From: Deltaproteobacteria bacterium
Lineage (GTDB): Bacteria > Desulfobacterota > Binatia > DP-6
Reading direction: 5' to 3'
NCBI GenBank assembly: GCA_005879795.1
Contig: VBKJ01000127.1
Coordinates: 7,427 to 71,426 of the forward strand
DNA length: 64,000 nucleotides
Of this stretch, positions 28,516 through 38,931 are shown one piece after another (the stretch's first letter is position 1; each line of letters opens with the position of its first letter). The translations under genes and the position numbers were made by a program. Under the pieces are notes generated by a model that was not told the origin of the DNA, made no database searches, and was given only the letters and a program-made list of their open reading frames with translations.

Positions 28516-29397
28516 ATGCGAGTCCTGGTGACGGGAGGGACGGGCTTCATCGGCGCTGCCCTCTGCCATGCTCTCACCGGGGCGGGGCACGCGGTGACCG
28601 TGGTCACGCGCGATCCGGCGCACATCGCCGCCGCCGCGATCGGCTGGGAGCGGGTGAGCGCGGCCGTCCGGGAGACCGACGCGCTCGTCAACCTGGCCGG
28701 CGAGCCCCTCGGGAGCCGGCGTTGGAGCGTGCGGCAGAAGGAGCTCATCCGCCAGAGCCGCGTGCTCGCGACCCGTACGCTCGTGGATGCCATCGCGGGC
28801 GCCGAGCCGCGACCGAGGGTCCTGGTGAACGCCTCCGCAGTCGGCTACTACGGGCCGCGCGACGACGAGCCGCTCGACGAGAGCGCTGGCCCCGGAGCGG
28901 GCTTCCTGGCCGACGTGTGCCGGGCGTGGGAGCAGGAAGCGCTCAGGGCGGAGGACCTCGGGCTCCGCGTGGTGCGGCTCCGCCTGGGGGTCGTGCTGGC
29001 GGCGGACGGCGGCGCGCTCGCGCGCATGCTGCCGCCCTTCCGCGCCTTCGTCGGGGGCCCGATCGGGAGTGGCCGGCAGTGGATGTCCTGGATCCACCGC
29101 GACGACGTGACCGGCATCGTGGTCGATGCGCTCGCCAACGACGGCTACCACGGTCCGGTGAACGCGACCGCGCCGCAGCCGGTCACCAACCGCGACTTCG
29201 CGAAGCTGCTCGGCCGGACGCTGGCGCGCCCCGTCTGGCTGCCGACGCCGGCCTTCGCGCTACGCCTCGCACTCGGCGAGATGGCCGAGCTGCTCCTCAG
29301 CGGCCAGCGTGTGCTCCCGGGCATCGCCGAGCGCCTCGCCTATCAGTGGCGCTACCCGGAGCTGAGCGGCGCGCTGCGCGCGAGCGTCCGGCGGTAG
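28516..29397 (+). CDS. TIGR01777/YfcH-family NAD-dependent epimerase
   Basis: TGGTGFIG, VNLAGE, SAVGYYG, GSGRQWMSWIH. Confidence 0.92.
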   Translation: MRVLVTGGTGFIGAALCHALTGAGHAVTVVTRDPAHIAAAAIGWERVSAAVRETDALVNLAGEPLGSRRWSVRQKELIRQSRVLATRTLVDAIAGAEPRPRVLVNASAVGYYGPRDDEPLDESAGPGAGFLADVCRAWEQEALRAEDLGLRVVRLRLGVVLAADGGALARMLPPFRAFVGGPIGSGRQWMSWIHRDDVTGIVVDALANDGYHGPVNATAPQPVTNRDFAKLLGRTLARPVWLPTPAFALRLALGEMAELLLSGQRVLPGIAERLAYQWRYPELSGALRASVRR

Positions 29398-29470
29398 GGC
29401 GAGGGGTCTCTCGTCAGCACGCGGCTCGCGCGATCGAGTGCGGGTCTATGCGCATGAGCCGAACAGCCGC

Positions 29471-30127
29471 TCATCGCTTGCGCACCAGCGTGAGGCCGTC
29501 CGCGACGGGCAGCATCACCCTGTCGACGCGCTCGTCGCGCGCGAGCAGGTCGTTGAGCGCCCGGAGGGCCACCGTCTCCTCGGAGGTGTCGCTCGGGTCG
29601 ATCACGGCTCCGCCCCAGAGGACGTTGTCGAAGCCGATGACGCCCCCCGGACGCAGGCGCGGCAGGAGCTCCTCGTAGTAGGCGCGGTACCCGGTCTTGT
29701 CGGCGTCGATGAAGGCGAGGTCGATCTCGGGCGTGTGCGGGAGGGCGCGCACGGTCTCGAGGGCGGGCGCGAGGCGGAGCGTGATGCGCTCGGCGAGGCC
29801 GGCGCGCGCGAAGGAGCGGCGCGCGATCGCCGTCCACTCCTCGTTCAGGTCGCAGCAGAGGAGGGTGCCGTCCGGCGCGAGGCCGCGCGCGATCGAGATC
29901 GCGCTGTAGCCGGTGAAGGTCCCGATCTCGACCGCGCGCCGCGCGCCGAGCACGCGGGCGAGGAAGGTGAGGAACGCGCCCTGCTCGACCGCGATCTGCA
30001 TGACGCTGATCGGGCCCAGCGCGGCGGTCTCGGCCGCGAGGTCGCGCAGCACCGGATCGGGCGGCGGGTTGTGGGCCACGAGGTACTCGTAGAGCTCGGG
30101 TGTGAGAGCCGTGAACTTCTCCTGCAT
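29471..30127 (-). CDS. SAM-dependent O-methyltransferase (caffeoyl-CoA OMT family)
   Basis: EIGTFTGYS, FIDADK, DNVLWGG, DGLTL. Confidence 0.93.
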   Translation of the reverse strand: MQEKFTALTPELYEYLVAHNPPPDPVLRDLAAETAALGPISVMQIAVEQGAFLTFLARVLGARRAVEIGTFTGYSAISIARGLAPDGTLLCCDLNEEWTAIARRSFARAGLAERITLRLAPALETVRALPHTPEIDLAFIDADKTGYRAYYEELLPRLRPGGVIGFDNVLWGGAVIDPSDTSEETVALRALNDLLARDERVDRVMLPVADGLTLVRKR

Positions 30128-30212
30128 GGCGCGGCCATAGCATCGGGCCGGAGCCGACGGAAGCGCACGCCGGTTGACTTGAGCGCGGCGGCTGGACGAC
30201 ACTCGTCGCTTC

Positions 30213-31022
30213 ATGCCGCACGTGCGGATCGGCCAGCTCGAGCTCTTCCACGAGACCGACGGCGCGGGGGAGCCCGTGCTCCTCCTGATGGGGCTGGGCG
30301 GCGATCACCACGCCTGGGGCGCCGTGCGCCGCGAGCTCGCGCGCCGCCACCGCCTCGTGCTCCTCGACAACCGCGACGCGGGGGCGAGCGACGAGGCGCA
30401 GGCGTCCTACGGCACCGCCGACATGGCGGCCGACGCGCTCGGCGTGATGGACCACCTCGGCATCGAGCGCTTGCACGTGGTGGGCGCATCGATGGGTGGC
30501 GCGATCGCCCAGCACCTGGCGCTGCAGGCGCCCACCCGCGTCGCGACGCTGACGCTCATCAGCACCTGGGGGCGGACCGACGCCTTCCTCGCCGTCATCC
30601 TCGCCACCTGGCGGCTGGTGGTCGAGCGGCTCTCGCCCGAGGAGTTCCTGGCCGCGCTCGCGCCCTGGGCCTTCACCTACCGCTGCCTCGAGGCGCCGCC
30701 CCCCGAGGTCGCGGCGCTCCAGGCGGCGGCGCGCGAGGGCGGGTTCCTCAGGTCGGTGGCCGGTTACCAGCGGCAGGTGGACGCGTGCCTGGCGCACGAC
30801 GCCCTCGGCCTGCTGTCCCTCCTGCGCACCCCGAGCCTCGTCCTCGTCGGCGAGGACGACATCCTGACGCCGCCGCGCTACGCGCGCGCACTCGCCGCGG
30901 CGCTGCCGCGCGGCGAGGTCGCGGTGCTGCCGGCGACCGGCCACGCCTGCTTCCTCGAGACCCCGAAGCCCCTCGCGGAGCGCGTGCTGCGCTTCCTCGC
31001 CCGCCACCCGCTCGCGGCATGA
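30213..31022 (+). CDS. Alpha/beta hydrolase
   Basis: GASMGG nucleophile elbow, GEDD, GH. Confidence 0.9.
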   Translation: MPHVRIGQLELFHETDGAGEPVLLLMGLGGDHHAWGAVRRELARRHRLVLLDNRDAGASDEAQASYGTADMAADALGVMDHLGIERLHVVGASMGGAIAQHLALQAPTRVATLTLISTWGRTDAFLAVILATWRLVVERLSPEEFLAALAPWAFTYRCLEAPPPEVAALQAAAREGGFLRSVAGYQRQVDACLAHDALGLLSLLRTPSLVLVGEDDILTPPRYARALAAALPRGEVAVLPATGHACFLETPKPLAERVLRFLARHPLAA

Positions 31023-31780
31023 GCCGGCTCGCCGGGCGCGTCGCGATCGTCACCGGCGCCGCGAACGGCATCGGCCGCGCCATCGCCGAGCGCTTCGCGG
31101 CCGAGGGGGCGGCGGTGCTGCTCGCCGACGTCGCCGCCGAGGCGGGTGCGGCGGCCGCGGCCGCGATCCGCGCGCGCGGCGGGCAGGCGGAGTTCATCGC
31201 GACCGACGTCACCCGTGAGGCGGATGTCACGGCCATGATCGGCGGCGCGGTCGAGCGCCTGGGGAGGCTCGACATCCTCGTCAACAACGCCGGAGCGGGG
31301 CGCTTCGTGCCCTTCGAGCGCCTAGAGCCCGCCGAATGGGACCGGCTCCTGGCGGTCAACCTGCGCGCGGTCTACCTGGGCTGCCGCCACGCGCTGCCGG
31401 CGCTCCGCCGGGGCGGTGGCGGGGCGATCCTCAACCTGGCCTCGCAGTCCGCGCTCCAGGGCCAGGTGATGAACGAGGCGTACTGCGCCGCCAAGGCGGG
31501 CGTCGTCCTGCTGACGCGCTCGCTCGCCCGGGAGCTGGCGCCCGAGGGCATCCGCGTCAACTGTCTCTGCCCGGGCGGCACCGACACGGCGATGCTGCGC
31601 GGCTTCGTGGCGAGCGCGCCGGTGCCGGAAGCCGGCATGGCCGCCCTCGCCGCGCGCTCGCCGATGGGGCGCCTGGCGCGCCCCGAGGAGATCGCCGCCG
31701 CGGCGCTCTTCCTGGTCTCGGACGACGCCTCGTTCGTGACCGGCGTGGCCCTCCCGGTCGACGGGGGCGCGACCGCATGA
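31019..31780 (+). CDS. Short-chain dehydrogenase/reductase
   Basis: TGAANGIG, NNAG, YCAAK. Confidence 0.93.
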   Translation: MSRLAGRVAIVTGAANGIGRAIAERFAAEGAAVLLADVAAEAGAAAAAAIRARGGQAEFIATDVTREADVTAMIGGAVERLGRLDILVNNAGAGRFVPFERLEPAEWDRLLAVNLRAVYLGCRHALPALRRGGGGAILNLASQSALQGQVMNEAYCAAKAGVVLLTRSLARELAPEGIRVNCLCPGGTDTAMLRGFVASAPVPEAGMAALAARSPMGRLARPEEIAAAALFLVSDDASFVTGVALPVDGGATA

Positions 31781-31784
31781 GCCG

Positions 31785-33347
31785 GTGACGCTCCCAGCCC
31801 TCTTGGACGGCCTCGCCGCCCGCTTCGGCGCGCGCGAGGCGCTCGTCTCGCAGCGCCGGCGCATGACCTACGCGGGGCTGGCGGCCGAGTCGGCGGGCAT
31901 CGGCCGCGGGCTCGCGGCGCGCGGGGTGGAGCGCGGGACGCGGGTCGGCCTCCTCGTGCCGAACTGGCCGGAGTGGATCGCGACCGCCTTCGGCGTGTGG
32001 CGCGCGGGGGGCCTCCTCGTGCCGCTCAGCACGCTCGGCCGCCCGCGCGAGCTGGCGTACTGCCTCGCGCACGCCGAGGTGCGCGTGCTGGTCGCGGTGC
32101 GGAGCTTTCTCCGCCACGACTACGTGGCGGGGCTCGAGGAGAGCACGCCCCGGCTGCCGGCGCTGCGCGAGGTGGTGTGGCTCACGCCGGCGGCGGAGGG
32201 CGGCGCCGTCGATCTCGGACCGCTCCGGTTGCCGGGCCCGCCGCCCGCGGCGTCCGTCGCGCCCGACGACCCGGCGACCGTCTTCTTCACCTCGGGGACG
32301 ACGGCCGAGCCGAAGGGCGTGGTCCACGTGCACCGGGCGCTCTGCCGGGCGGCGGACGACATCGCCGCCGTGCTCGGCCTCGCCCCCGAGGACCGCACCT
32401 GGGGCTACCTGCCGTTCTTCTTCGCCGGCGGCCTGGTGGCGGTCGCGCTGGCGACGCTCGCGCGCGGCGGGGCGGTCGTCATGCAGGACGTGTTCGAGCC
32501 GGGTGAGACGCTCCGGCTCCTCGAGGCGGAGCGCTGCACGGTCTTCTTCGCCTGGCCGCACCAGGCCGAGGCGCTGATCGCGCACCCGCGCTTTGCGGCG
32601 ACGCGCCTCGCGCTCACGAAGGGGGTCGGCGCGAACACCAAGTGGGCGCCGGCGCTCTACCCGCCCGACCACCGCGCCGTCGGCACCTACGGCATGACGG
32701 AGACCCTGCCGCTGTGCACCGCCTGGCCGTGGGACGCACCGCTCGCGCTGCGCGCCGGAAGCCACGGCCCGCCCGTGGGCGGGAAGGAGATCCGTATCGT
32801 CGCCCCCGAGACCGGTCAAGCGCTGCCGGCGGGGCGCGAAGGGGAGATCTGCGTGCGCGGGCCGACGCTCTTCGCGCACTACTACCGCCACGAGCCGAGT
32901 GAGTGTTTCGACCCCGAGGGCTTCTTCCACACCGGCGACCTCGGACGGCTCGACGAGCGCGGGGCGCTCCACTTCCTCGGGCGCCTGAAGGACGTGATCA
33001 AGACCGCGGGCGTCAACGTCGCCGCGGCCGAGGTCGAGGCGGCGCTGCTCGCGCATGCGGCGGTCGGCGCGGCGCACGTGGTCGGCGTTCCGCATCCGAC
33101 GCGCGGCGAGAACGTCGCCGCCTTCGTGGTCGCGAAGTCGGCCGTCGCCGCCGACGAGCTCCTGGCCCACTGCCGCGCCCGGCTCTCGAGCTACAAGGTC
33201 CCGCGCCACCTCTGGCTCCGGCGCGAGGACGAGCTGCCCGAGAAGGCGAGCGGCAAGGTGGACAAGTCCGCGCTGCGCGCCGAGGCGGCGCGCCTGGTCA
33301 GAGCCGCCGGCGACCCTCCCGGATCTCCGCCAGCACGGCGGGCGTGA
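31785..33347 (+). CDS. Acyl-CoA synthetase (AMP-binding)
   Basis: TSGTTAEPKG, YGMTE, FHTGD, GRLKD, GKVDK. Confidence 0.92.
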   Translation: MTLPALLDGLAARFGAREALVSQRRRMTYAGLAAESAGIGRGLAARGVERGTRVGLLVPNWPEWIATAFGVWRAGGLLVPLSTLGRPRELAYCLAHAEVRVLVAVRSFLRHDYVAGLEESTPRLPALREVVWLTPAAEGGAVDLGPLRLPGPPPAASVAPDDPATVFFTSGTTAEPKGVVHVHRALCRAADDIAAVLGLAPEDRTWGYLPFFFAGGLVAVALATLARGGAVVMQDVFEPGETLRLLEAERCTVFFAWPHQAEALIAHPRFAATRLALTKGVGANTKWAPALYPPDHRAVGTYGMTETLPLCTAWPWDAPLALRAGSHGPPVGGKEIRIVAPETGQALPAGREGEICVRGPTLFAHYYRHEPSECFDPEGFFHTGDLGRLDERGALHFLGRLKDVIKTAGVNVAAAEVEAALLAHAAVGAAHVVGVPHPTRGENVAAFVVAKSAVAADELLAHCRARLSSYKVPRHLWLRREDELPEKASGKVDKSALRAEAARLVRAAGDPPGSPPARRA

Positions 33348-35025
33348 GCGACACGTAGGTGCGCGCGGCGTCGTCGCGCACGAAGAGCGGGTCGGCAACG
33401 CGCGCCGGGTCGTAGCCCTCGGCGGCCAGCGCGAGCTTCCGCTGCTTCAGGGTACCGGTCACGTCCATCTCGCACACCAGGCGGACGAGGGCGGGGCGGG
33501 CGTAGGCCGGCAGGTGCCGCTCGGCGTGCGCGTAGAGCGCCGCGCCGTCGAAGCGGGCGCCCTCGGCCAGGACGAGGGCGGCCATGCCGGCGCGGCCGTC
33601 CTCGCCCGGCACCGGCACGCCGTACACGTTCGCCTCCGTCACCCCGGGGGCGCCGGCGAGCAGGTCGGCGACCTCCTGCGCGGCGACGTTCTCGCCCTTC
33701 CAGCGGAAGGTGTCGCCGATGCGATCGACGAAGTAGTAGTAGCCATCGGCGTCCTGGCGCAGCAGGTCCCCGGTGCGGAACCAGGCGTCGCCGCGCGCGA
33801 AGGCGTCGCGCACGAGCTTCCGCTCGCTCGCCGCGCGGTCGGTGTAGCCGTCGTACTCCATGGCGCCGCCGACCTTGCCGAGGAGCTCGCCCGCCTCGCC
33901 CGGCGCGCATGCGATGCAGAAGCCGTCCGGACCGCGTACGAGCGCGCCGCGGGCGAGGTCGAAGCGCGCGAGCCGGACGGTGTCCTCGAGCAGCGGGTGC
34001 GGCTTGCCGACGGAGCCGACGCGTCCGTCGGCGTTGTGCAGGGCCACGTTGCCCTCCGTCGCGCCGTACATCTCGATGATCCGTGCGATGCCGAAGCGCT
34101 CCCGGAACGCTGTCCAGATGTCGGGGCGGAGGCCGGCGCCCGCGGCGACGCGCAGGCGGTGGTCGCGGTCGCGCGGTGTGGGTGGGAGGCGGAGGAGGTA
34201 GCGGCAGAGCTCGCCCACGTAGACGAAGGCGACCGCCTGGTGCCGGCGGACGTCGTCGAGGAATGCGCTCGCGCTGAAACGCCGGCGCGACGCGAAGGCG
34301 CCGCCCGAGCGGAAGGCGGGCGCGAAGCCCACGAAGAGGCTCTCGCCGTGGTAGAGCGGCAGCGGCGCGTAGATGGTCTCGCCCGCCTCGACGCCCAGGA
34401 GCCCGGCCAGGGTGATCCCGCCCATGGTGAAGCGGAGGTGGCGCACGATGGCCGGCTTCGGGTACCCGGTCGTCCCGGACGTGTATATATAGATGAAGAC
34501 GTCGCCGCCCCGGAGGTCGGGAATCCCGGGCTCGGGCGCCTCGGGGCCTGCGCGCCACTCCTCGAGCGGGCGGACATCGCGGGGCAGCCCCGTGCCCGGC
34601 GGCGCATCGGCGAGGAACCGGACGACATGGCTGCCGGCTACCGCCGCGAGGGCAGGGAGGGCGGCTGCGTCGCAGACGCCCGTCCGGGCGCCCGACACAC
34701 CGAGCACGTGCGTCAGCCCCGCGCCCGCGACGTGCGTGTTGATGAGCGCGCCGATGGCGCCGAGCTTCGCGACCGCCCCGAGCGCTGCCAGGAAGAGCGG
34801 GCTGTTCTGGGCGAGGATCGCGACCGGCGTGCCGGCGCCGACGCCTTCGCGGCCGAGCCGCGCCGCGATCCGGTTCACGGCCCGGTCGTAGGCCCCGTAG
34901 GTGACCGTCTCGTCCTCGAACTTGAGCGCGACCTGGTCGGGGATGCGCTCGGCCTGCGCCCGGATGAAGGGGCCGAAGGTGTCGCTCGAGCGCTTGAGCT
35001 CGGCGATGGCCGCCTGAAGGTCCAT
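33298..35025 (-). CDS. FATP/FadD6-like long-chain acyl-CoA synthetase
   Basis: YIYTSGTTGYPK, YVGELCRYL, YGATEGN, DRIGDTFRWKGENV; 50-bp convergent overlap with the previous gene. Confidence 0.93.
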   Translation of the reverse strand: MDLQAAIAELKRSSDTFGPFIRAQAERIPDQVALKFEDETVTYGAYDRAVNRIAARLGREGVGAGTPVAILAQNSPLFLAALGAVAKLGAIGALINTHVAGAGLTHVLGVSGARTGVCDAAALPALAAVAGSHVVRFLADAPPGTGLPRDVRPLEEWRAGPEAPEPGIPDLRGGDVFIYIYTSGTTGYPKPAIVRHLRFTMGGITLAGLLGVEAGETIYAPLPLYHGESLFVGFAPAFRSGGAFASRRRFSASAFLDDVRRHQAVAFVYVGELCRYLLRLPPTPRDRDHRLRVAAGAGLRPDIWTAFRERFGIARIIEMYGATEGNVALHNADGRVGSVGKPHPLLEDTVRLARFDLARGALVRGPDGFCIACAPGEAGELLGKVGGAMEYDGYTDRAASERKLVRDAFARGDAWFRTGDLLRQDADGYYYFVDRIGDTFRWKGENVAAQEVADLLAGAPGVTEANVYGVPVPGEDGRAGMAALVLAEGARFDGAALYAHAERHLPAYARPALVRLVCEMDVTGTLKQRKLALAAEGYDPARVADPLFVRDDAARTYVSLTPAVLAEIREGRRRL

Positions 35026-35137
35026 CGTGGCAGGGTGCCATATCAGCCGGGCGCCGGCACGCGGGTCAACCAGGCGCGGCCGTTGCCGCGCGTGGGGCCG
35101 CCGGGCTAGTGTGGACAGCACACCAGAAGCCGCCGCG

Positions 35138-36541
35138 ATGGACAAGGTCGCCGAGAGCGCCGCCGCCGCGGTGGCCGACGTGCCGGATGGGGCGACGCTG
35201 CTCTTCGGCGGCTTCGGCGTCGTGCAGGGCTGGCCCAACAGCCTGCTCCTCGCGCTGCGCGACCACGGCGCGCGCGACCTGACCGTGATCTTCAACACGC
35301 CGGGCGTGGGGCCGCTCTCGGCGCAGCTCCTCGCGGAAGCAGGGCTGATCCGAAGAGTGATCGCCTCGTTCGCCGCCTACCCGACGCGGCCGACGCCGAT
35401 CGAGGAGCAGATCAAGGCGGGCAGGATCGAGCTCGAGCTGGTGCCGCAGGGGACGCTCGCCGAGCGCGTGCGGGCCGGCGGCGCCGGGATTCCCGCCTTC
35501 TACACGCCGACCGGCGTGGGCACGCTGGTCGCCGAGGGCAAGGAGCGGCGGACTTTCGGCGGACGCGAGTACATCCTCGAGACCGCGCTCACCGCCGACT
35601 ACGCCTTCGTGCGCGCCCACCGCGCCGACCGGCACGGGAACCTCCTCTACCGGCGCGGCGCACGCAACCTCCATCCCGTGTTCGCAACGGGCGGTCGCGT
35701 GACGCTTGCCGAGGTCGACGAGGTGGTCCCCGCGGGCGCGATGGACCCCGAGTACGTGGTGACTCCCGGTATCTACGTGGACCGTGTGGTGCGGACCGAG
35801 CACCCCCTCGACGTGGAGGAGATCCGCGCCCTCTCGCGCCGCTACGGCCGCGCGGTGCACGTGGCGCCGCGCCGGGACCTGGGGGGCCTGCCGCCGGACC
35901 TTATGGCGCGTCGCGCGGCGCTCCTCCTCCGCGACGGCGAGTACGTGAACCTCGGCCTCGGGCTGCCCACGCTCGTCTCGAACCACGTCAGCGCCGCGCG
36001 CGACATCGTGCTCCACTCCGAGAACGGCATGCTCGGCTTCGGGCCGCTGGTGGAGGACGGCGAGGAGGACGTCGACCTCTACAACGCGAGCGGGCAGCTC
36101 GTTAGCCTGCTGCCGGGCGCATCCTTCTTCGACAGCCTCTACGCGCACGGCATGGCGCGCGGCGGGCGCGTGACGACGGTCGTGCTCGGCGCCTTCCAGG
36201 TCTCCGAGAAGGGCGACCTCGCCAACTGGAACGTGCCGGCGAGCGGGAAGGGCGGGATCGGGGGCGCGATGGACTTGGCCGCCGGCCGGGCGCGTGTGCT
36301 GGTGGTCACCTACCACACCACGCGGGCCCTCGAGCCGAAGCTCGTCCGCCAGTGCACTTACCCGCTCACCGCGCCTGCATGCGTGCGAGACATCGTGACC
36401 GACCTGGCCTACCTGACGGTCGAGCCCGAGGGCTTCCTCCTCCGCGAGCTGGCCCCCGGGGTGCCGCTCGAGCGCGTCCGGGAGCTCACGGGAGCGCCCC
36501 TCCGGGTCGCATCCGACCTTCGGAGCATGGAATTTTCGTGA
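35138..36541 (+). CDS. 3-oxoacid CoA-transferase, fused A+B subunits
   Basis: GGFG, PQGTLAER, TPGIYVD (A half); VNLGLGLP, SENG, GGAMDL (B half). Confidence 0.92.
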   Translation: MDKVAESAAAAVADVPDGATLLFGGFGVVQGWPNSLLLALRDHGARDLTVIFNTPGVGPLSAQLLAEAGLIRRVIASFAAYPTRPTPIEEQIKAGRIELELVPQGTLAERVRAGGAGIPAFYTPTGVGTLVAEGKERRTFGGREYILETALTADYAFVRAHRADRHGNLLYRRGARNLHPVFATGGRVTLAEVDEVVPAGAMDPEYVVTPGIYVDRVVRTEHPLDVEEIRALSRRYGRAVHVAPRRDLGGLPPDLMARRAALLLRDGEYVNLGLGLPTLVSNHVSAARDIVLHSENGMLGFGPLVEDGEEDVDLYNASGQLVSLLPGASFFDSLYAHGMARGGRVTTVVLGAFQVSEKGDLANWNVPASGKGGIGGAMDLAAGRARVLVVTYHTTRALEPKLVRQCTYPLTAPACVRDIVTDLAYLTVEPEGFLLRELAPGVPLERVRELTGAPLRVASDLRSMEFS

Positions 36542-36773
36542 TTTCTCACCACCTTTTGGGGTGCGAAATACACGAGGGCGACGATTGTCCCCCGGGCGCT
36601 CGTCGCGGCACTATTAGGGTTGGATGGCCACACGGAGGGCGGGTCGGACCCCAGCCCACGGCGGGCGCGGCGCGGCGAGCCCCTTGCCCCCCGCCGCGAT
36701 TCCTGCGCGCCCCGCGGCCCCCACGACGCGCCGGCGCGCCGCGCTCAGCCACGCGGGCCACGCGGCAACCGAC

Positions 36774-37088
36774 ATGTCCGGCTTCGACGGCGAGATCTGC
36801 GTGCGCTACGAGGCCGTCTACCGGCGCGCCGAGCCGGCCTGTGGCGAGCGCCGGCTCCTGCTGGCGGTCTTGGAGGACGGCATCCGGACCTTCCTCAAGA
36901 ACGCTCGCGCGACCCACGGGCGAGCATTCAACCTGCGGCGGGAGGCGCTCACCTGGCTCACCACCGACGACCGCAGCGACGTGTTCGCCTTCGAGAACAT
37001 CTGTGAGGCGCTCGGCATCGATGCCGGCCGGCTGCGCCAACGGGTCTTCGGGGAGGCGTCCGACGCCGAGCTGTCGGCCGCGGACTGA
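36774..37088 (+). CDS. Conserved-looking small helical hypothetical protein
   Basis: ERRLLLAVLEDGI..EALTWL..FAFENICEALGIDAGRLR; start uncertain (36624 or 36774). Confidence 0.65.
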   Translation: MSGFDGEICVRYEAVYRRAEPACGERRLLLAVLEDGIRTFLKNARATHGRAFNLRREALTWLTTDDRSDVFAFENICEALGIDAGRLRQRVFGEASDAELSAAD

Positions 37089-37134
37089 GCGGCGGCCCCG
37101 CGCCCGCTGCCTGTGACGGGCGAGGGATCGGGAC

Positions 37135-38931
37135 ATGGGTGACGAGACGCAGGCGACGGGCGAGGTGGCGGGGGCGACCTGGCTGGTGGCGGCGGTCGGC
37201 TCGGTGCCACAGTTCACGGGCGCCGACTTCACCGACGACGACCGGCTCTACGCCAAGACCGCCGAGGACTTCGTGCGCAACGAGGTCCTGCCCCGCCTGG
37301 AGGAGATCGAGGCGAAGGAGGCGGGCGTCATGCCGGCACTGCTCAAGCGTGCGGGCGAGCTCGGCCTGCTCATGGTGGACATCCCGGAGAAGTACGGCGG
37401 GCTCGGGCTGCGCAAGACGACCTCGATGCTGGTCTCGGAGCACGGAGCGCTGTGCGCCTCGTTCAGCGTCTCGTGGGGCGCCCACACGGGCATCGGAACC
37501 CTGCCGCTGGTCTACTACGGGACCGAGGCGCAAAAGCAGAAGTACCTGCCGCGGCTCGCGACCGGCGAGTGGCTCGCCGCCTACGCCCTCACTGAGCCGG
37601 GCTCGGGCAGCGACGCGCTCGCGGCCCGCACGGTGGCCACCCCCGAGGACGGCGGCTACCGGCTGAGCGGCACCAAGCAGTTCATCACCAACGCCGGCTT
37701 CGCCGACCTCTTCACCGTCTTCGCCAAGGTGGGCGGCGAGCACTTCACCGCCTTCCTGGTCGAGCGCGCCACGCCCGGGCTTTCGACCGGCCCCGAGGAG
37801 AAGAAGCTCGGCATCCGCGGCTCGTCGACGCGCCAGGTGATCCTGGAGGACGCGCGCGCCGGCACCGACAAGGTGCTCGGCCAGGTGGGGCAGGGGCACA
37901 AGATCGCGTTCAACATCCTCAACATCGGCCGCTTCAAGCTGGGCGCGGGCTCGGTCGGGGCGGCCAAGGACTGCCTGGCGGTCGCCCTCCAGTACGCGAA
38001 GGAGCGCCAGCAGTTCCGCCGGCCCATCGCGAGCTTCGGCATGATCCAGCGCAAGCTCGCCGACATGGCGACGCGCATCTACGTCGCCGACAGCATGAGC
38101 TACCGGACGGCCGGCCTGATGGACGCGGCGGCCGAGCGCCTGGACCCGTCGGGGGCCGACTACGCCGAGCGCCTGGTGCGTGAATCGGTCGAGGAGTACA
38201 CGATCGAGGCCTCGATCCTGAAGGTGTTCGGCACCGAGACGCTCGACTTCGTGGCCGACGAGTCGCTCCAGATCCTGGGCGGCTACGGCTTCACGGCCGA
38301 GTATCCGGTCGAGCGGCATTACCGCGACGCGCGCATCAACCGCATCTTCGAGGGCACGAACGAGATCAACCGCCTCATCATCCCGGCGACGCTGGTGAAG
38401 CGCATCGGCCAGGGCCGGCTGCCGTACGCGGACTTCTTTCAGCAGGTGGATCGCGAGATCGCGGACCGCGCGAGCTGGCCGCCCGCCGTGAAGGGCCCGC
38501 TCGAGCGCGAGCTGCGCGCGGCGGAGGTGGCGAAGCGGGTGATCGCCTACACTGCGCGCGTGCTCATCGAGCGGGACCTCGCCTCGCTCAAGGACAAGCA
38601 GCAGCACCTCGAGATCCTCGCCAACATGATCATCGACTGCTACGCCATGGACAGCGTGGTGAACCGCACCCGGCTGCTCGCCGGCCACGGCAGCCCCGAG
38701 GACGACGGGCTCCGCCTGGCCATGACCAACGTCTTCGTCTCCTCCGCCAACGAGCGCGTCATCGATGGCGCCCGCCGCCTCCTGGTGAACGAGCTCGAGG
38801 GCGAGGAGCTGCGCAGGCACCTCGCCCTCGAGGCGATCGTGCCGCACATGCCGATCCGCACGATCGCGGTGAAGACGCGGATCGCCGAGGCGCTCGTCGC
38901 GCGCGGGCTCGGGCCGGTGTTCCTGCGCTAG
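37135..38931 (+). CDS. Long-form acyl-CoA dehydrogenase (FadE-like)
   Basis: YALTEPGSGSDA, KLGIRGSST, RINRIFEGTNEINR. Confidence 0.93.
   Translation: MGDETQATGEVAGATWLVAAVGSVPQFTGADFTDDDRLYAKTAEDFVRNEVLPRLEEIEAKEAGVMPALLKRAGELGLLMVDIPEKYGGLGLRKTTSMLVSEHGALCASFSVSWGAHTGIGTLPLVYYGTEAQKQKYLPRLATGEWLAAYALTEPGSGSDALAARTVATPEDGGYRLSGTKQFITNAGFADLFTVFAKVGGEHFTAFLVERATPGLSTGPEEKKLGIRGSSTRQVILEDARAGTDKVLGQVGQGHKIAFNILNIGRFKLGAGSVGAAKDCLAVALQYAKERQQFRRPIASFGMIQRKLADMATRIYVADSMSYRTAGLMDAAAERLDPSGADYAERLVRESVEEYTIEASILKVFGTETLDFVADESLQILGGYGFTAEYPVERHYRDARINRIFEGTNEINRLIIPATLVKRIGQGRLPYADFFQQVDREIADRASWPPAVKGPLERELRAAEVAKRVIAYTARVLIERDLASLKDKQQHLEILANMIIDCYAMDSVVNRTRLLAGHGSPEDDGLRLAMTNVFVSSANERVIDGARRLLVNELEGEELRRHLALEAIVPHMPIRTIAVKTRIAEALVARGLGPVFLR

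Noticed and set aside
29471..38931. Secondary-metabolite (NRPS/PKS) cluster
   Set aside because: No condensation, ketosynthase or carrier domains; the genes fit ordinary acyl-CoA metabolism in mixed orientation.
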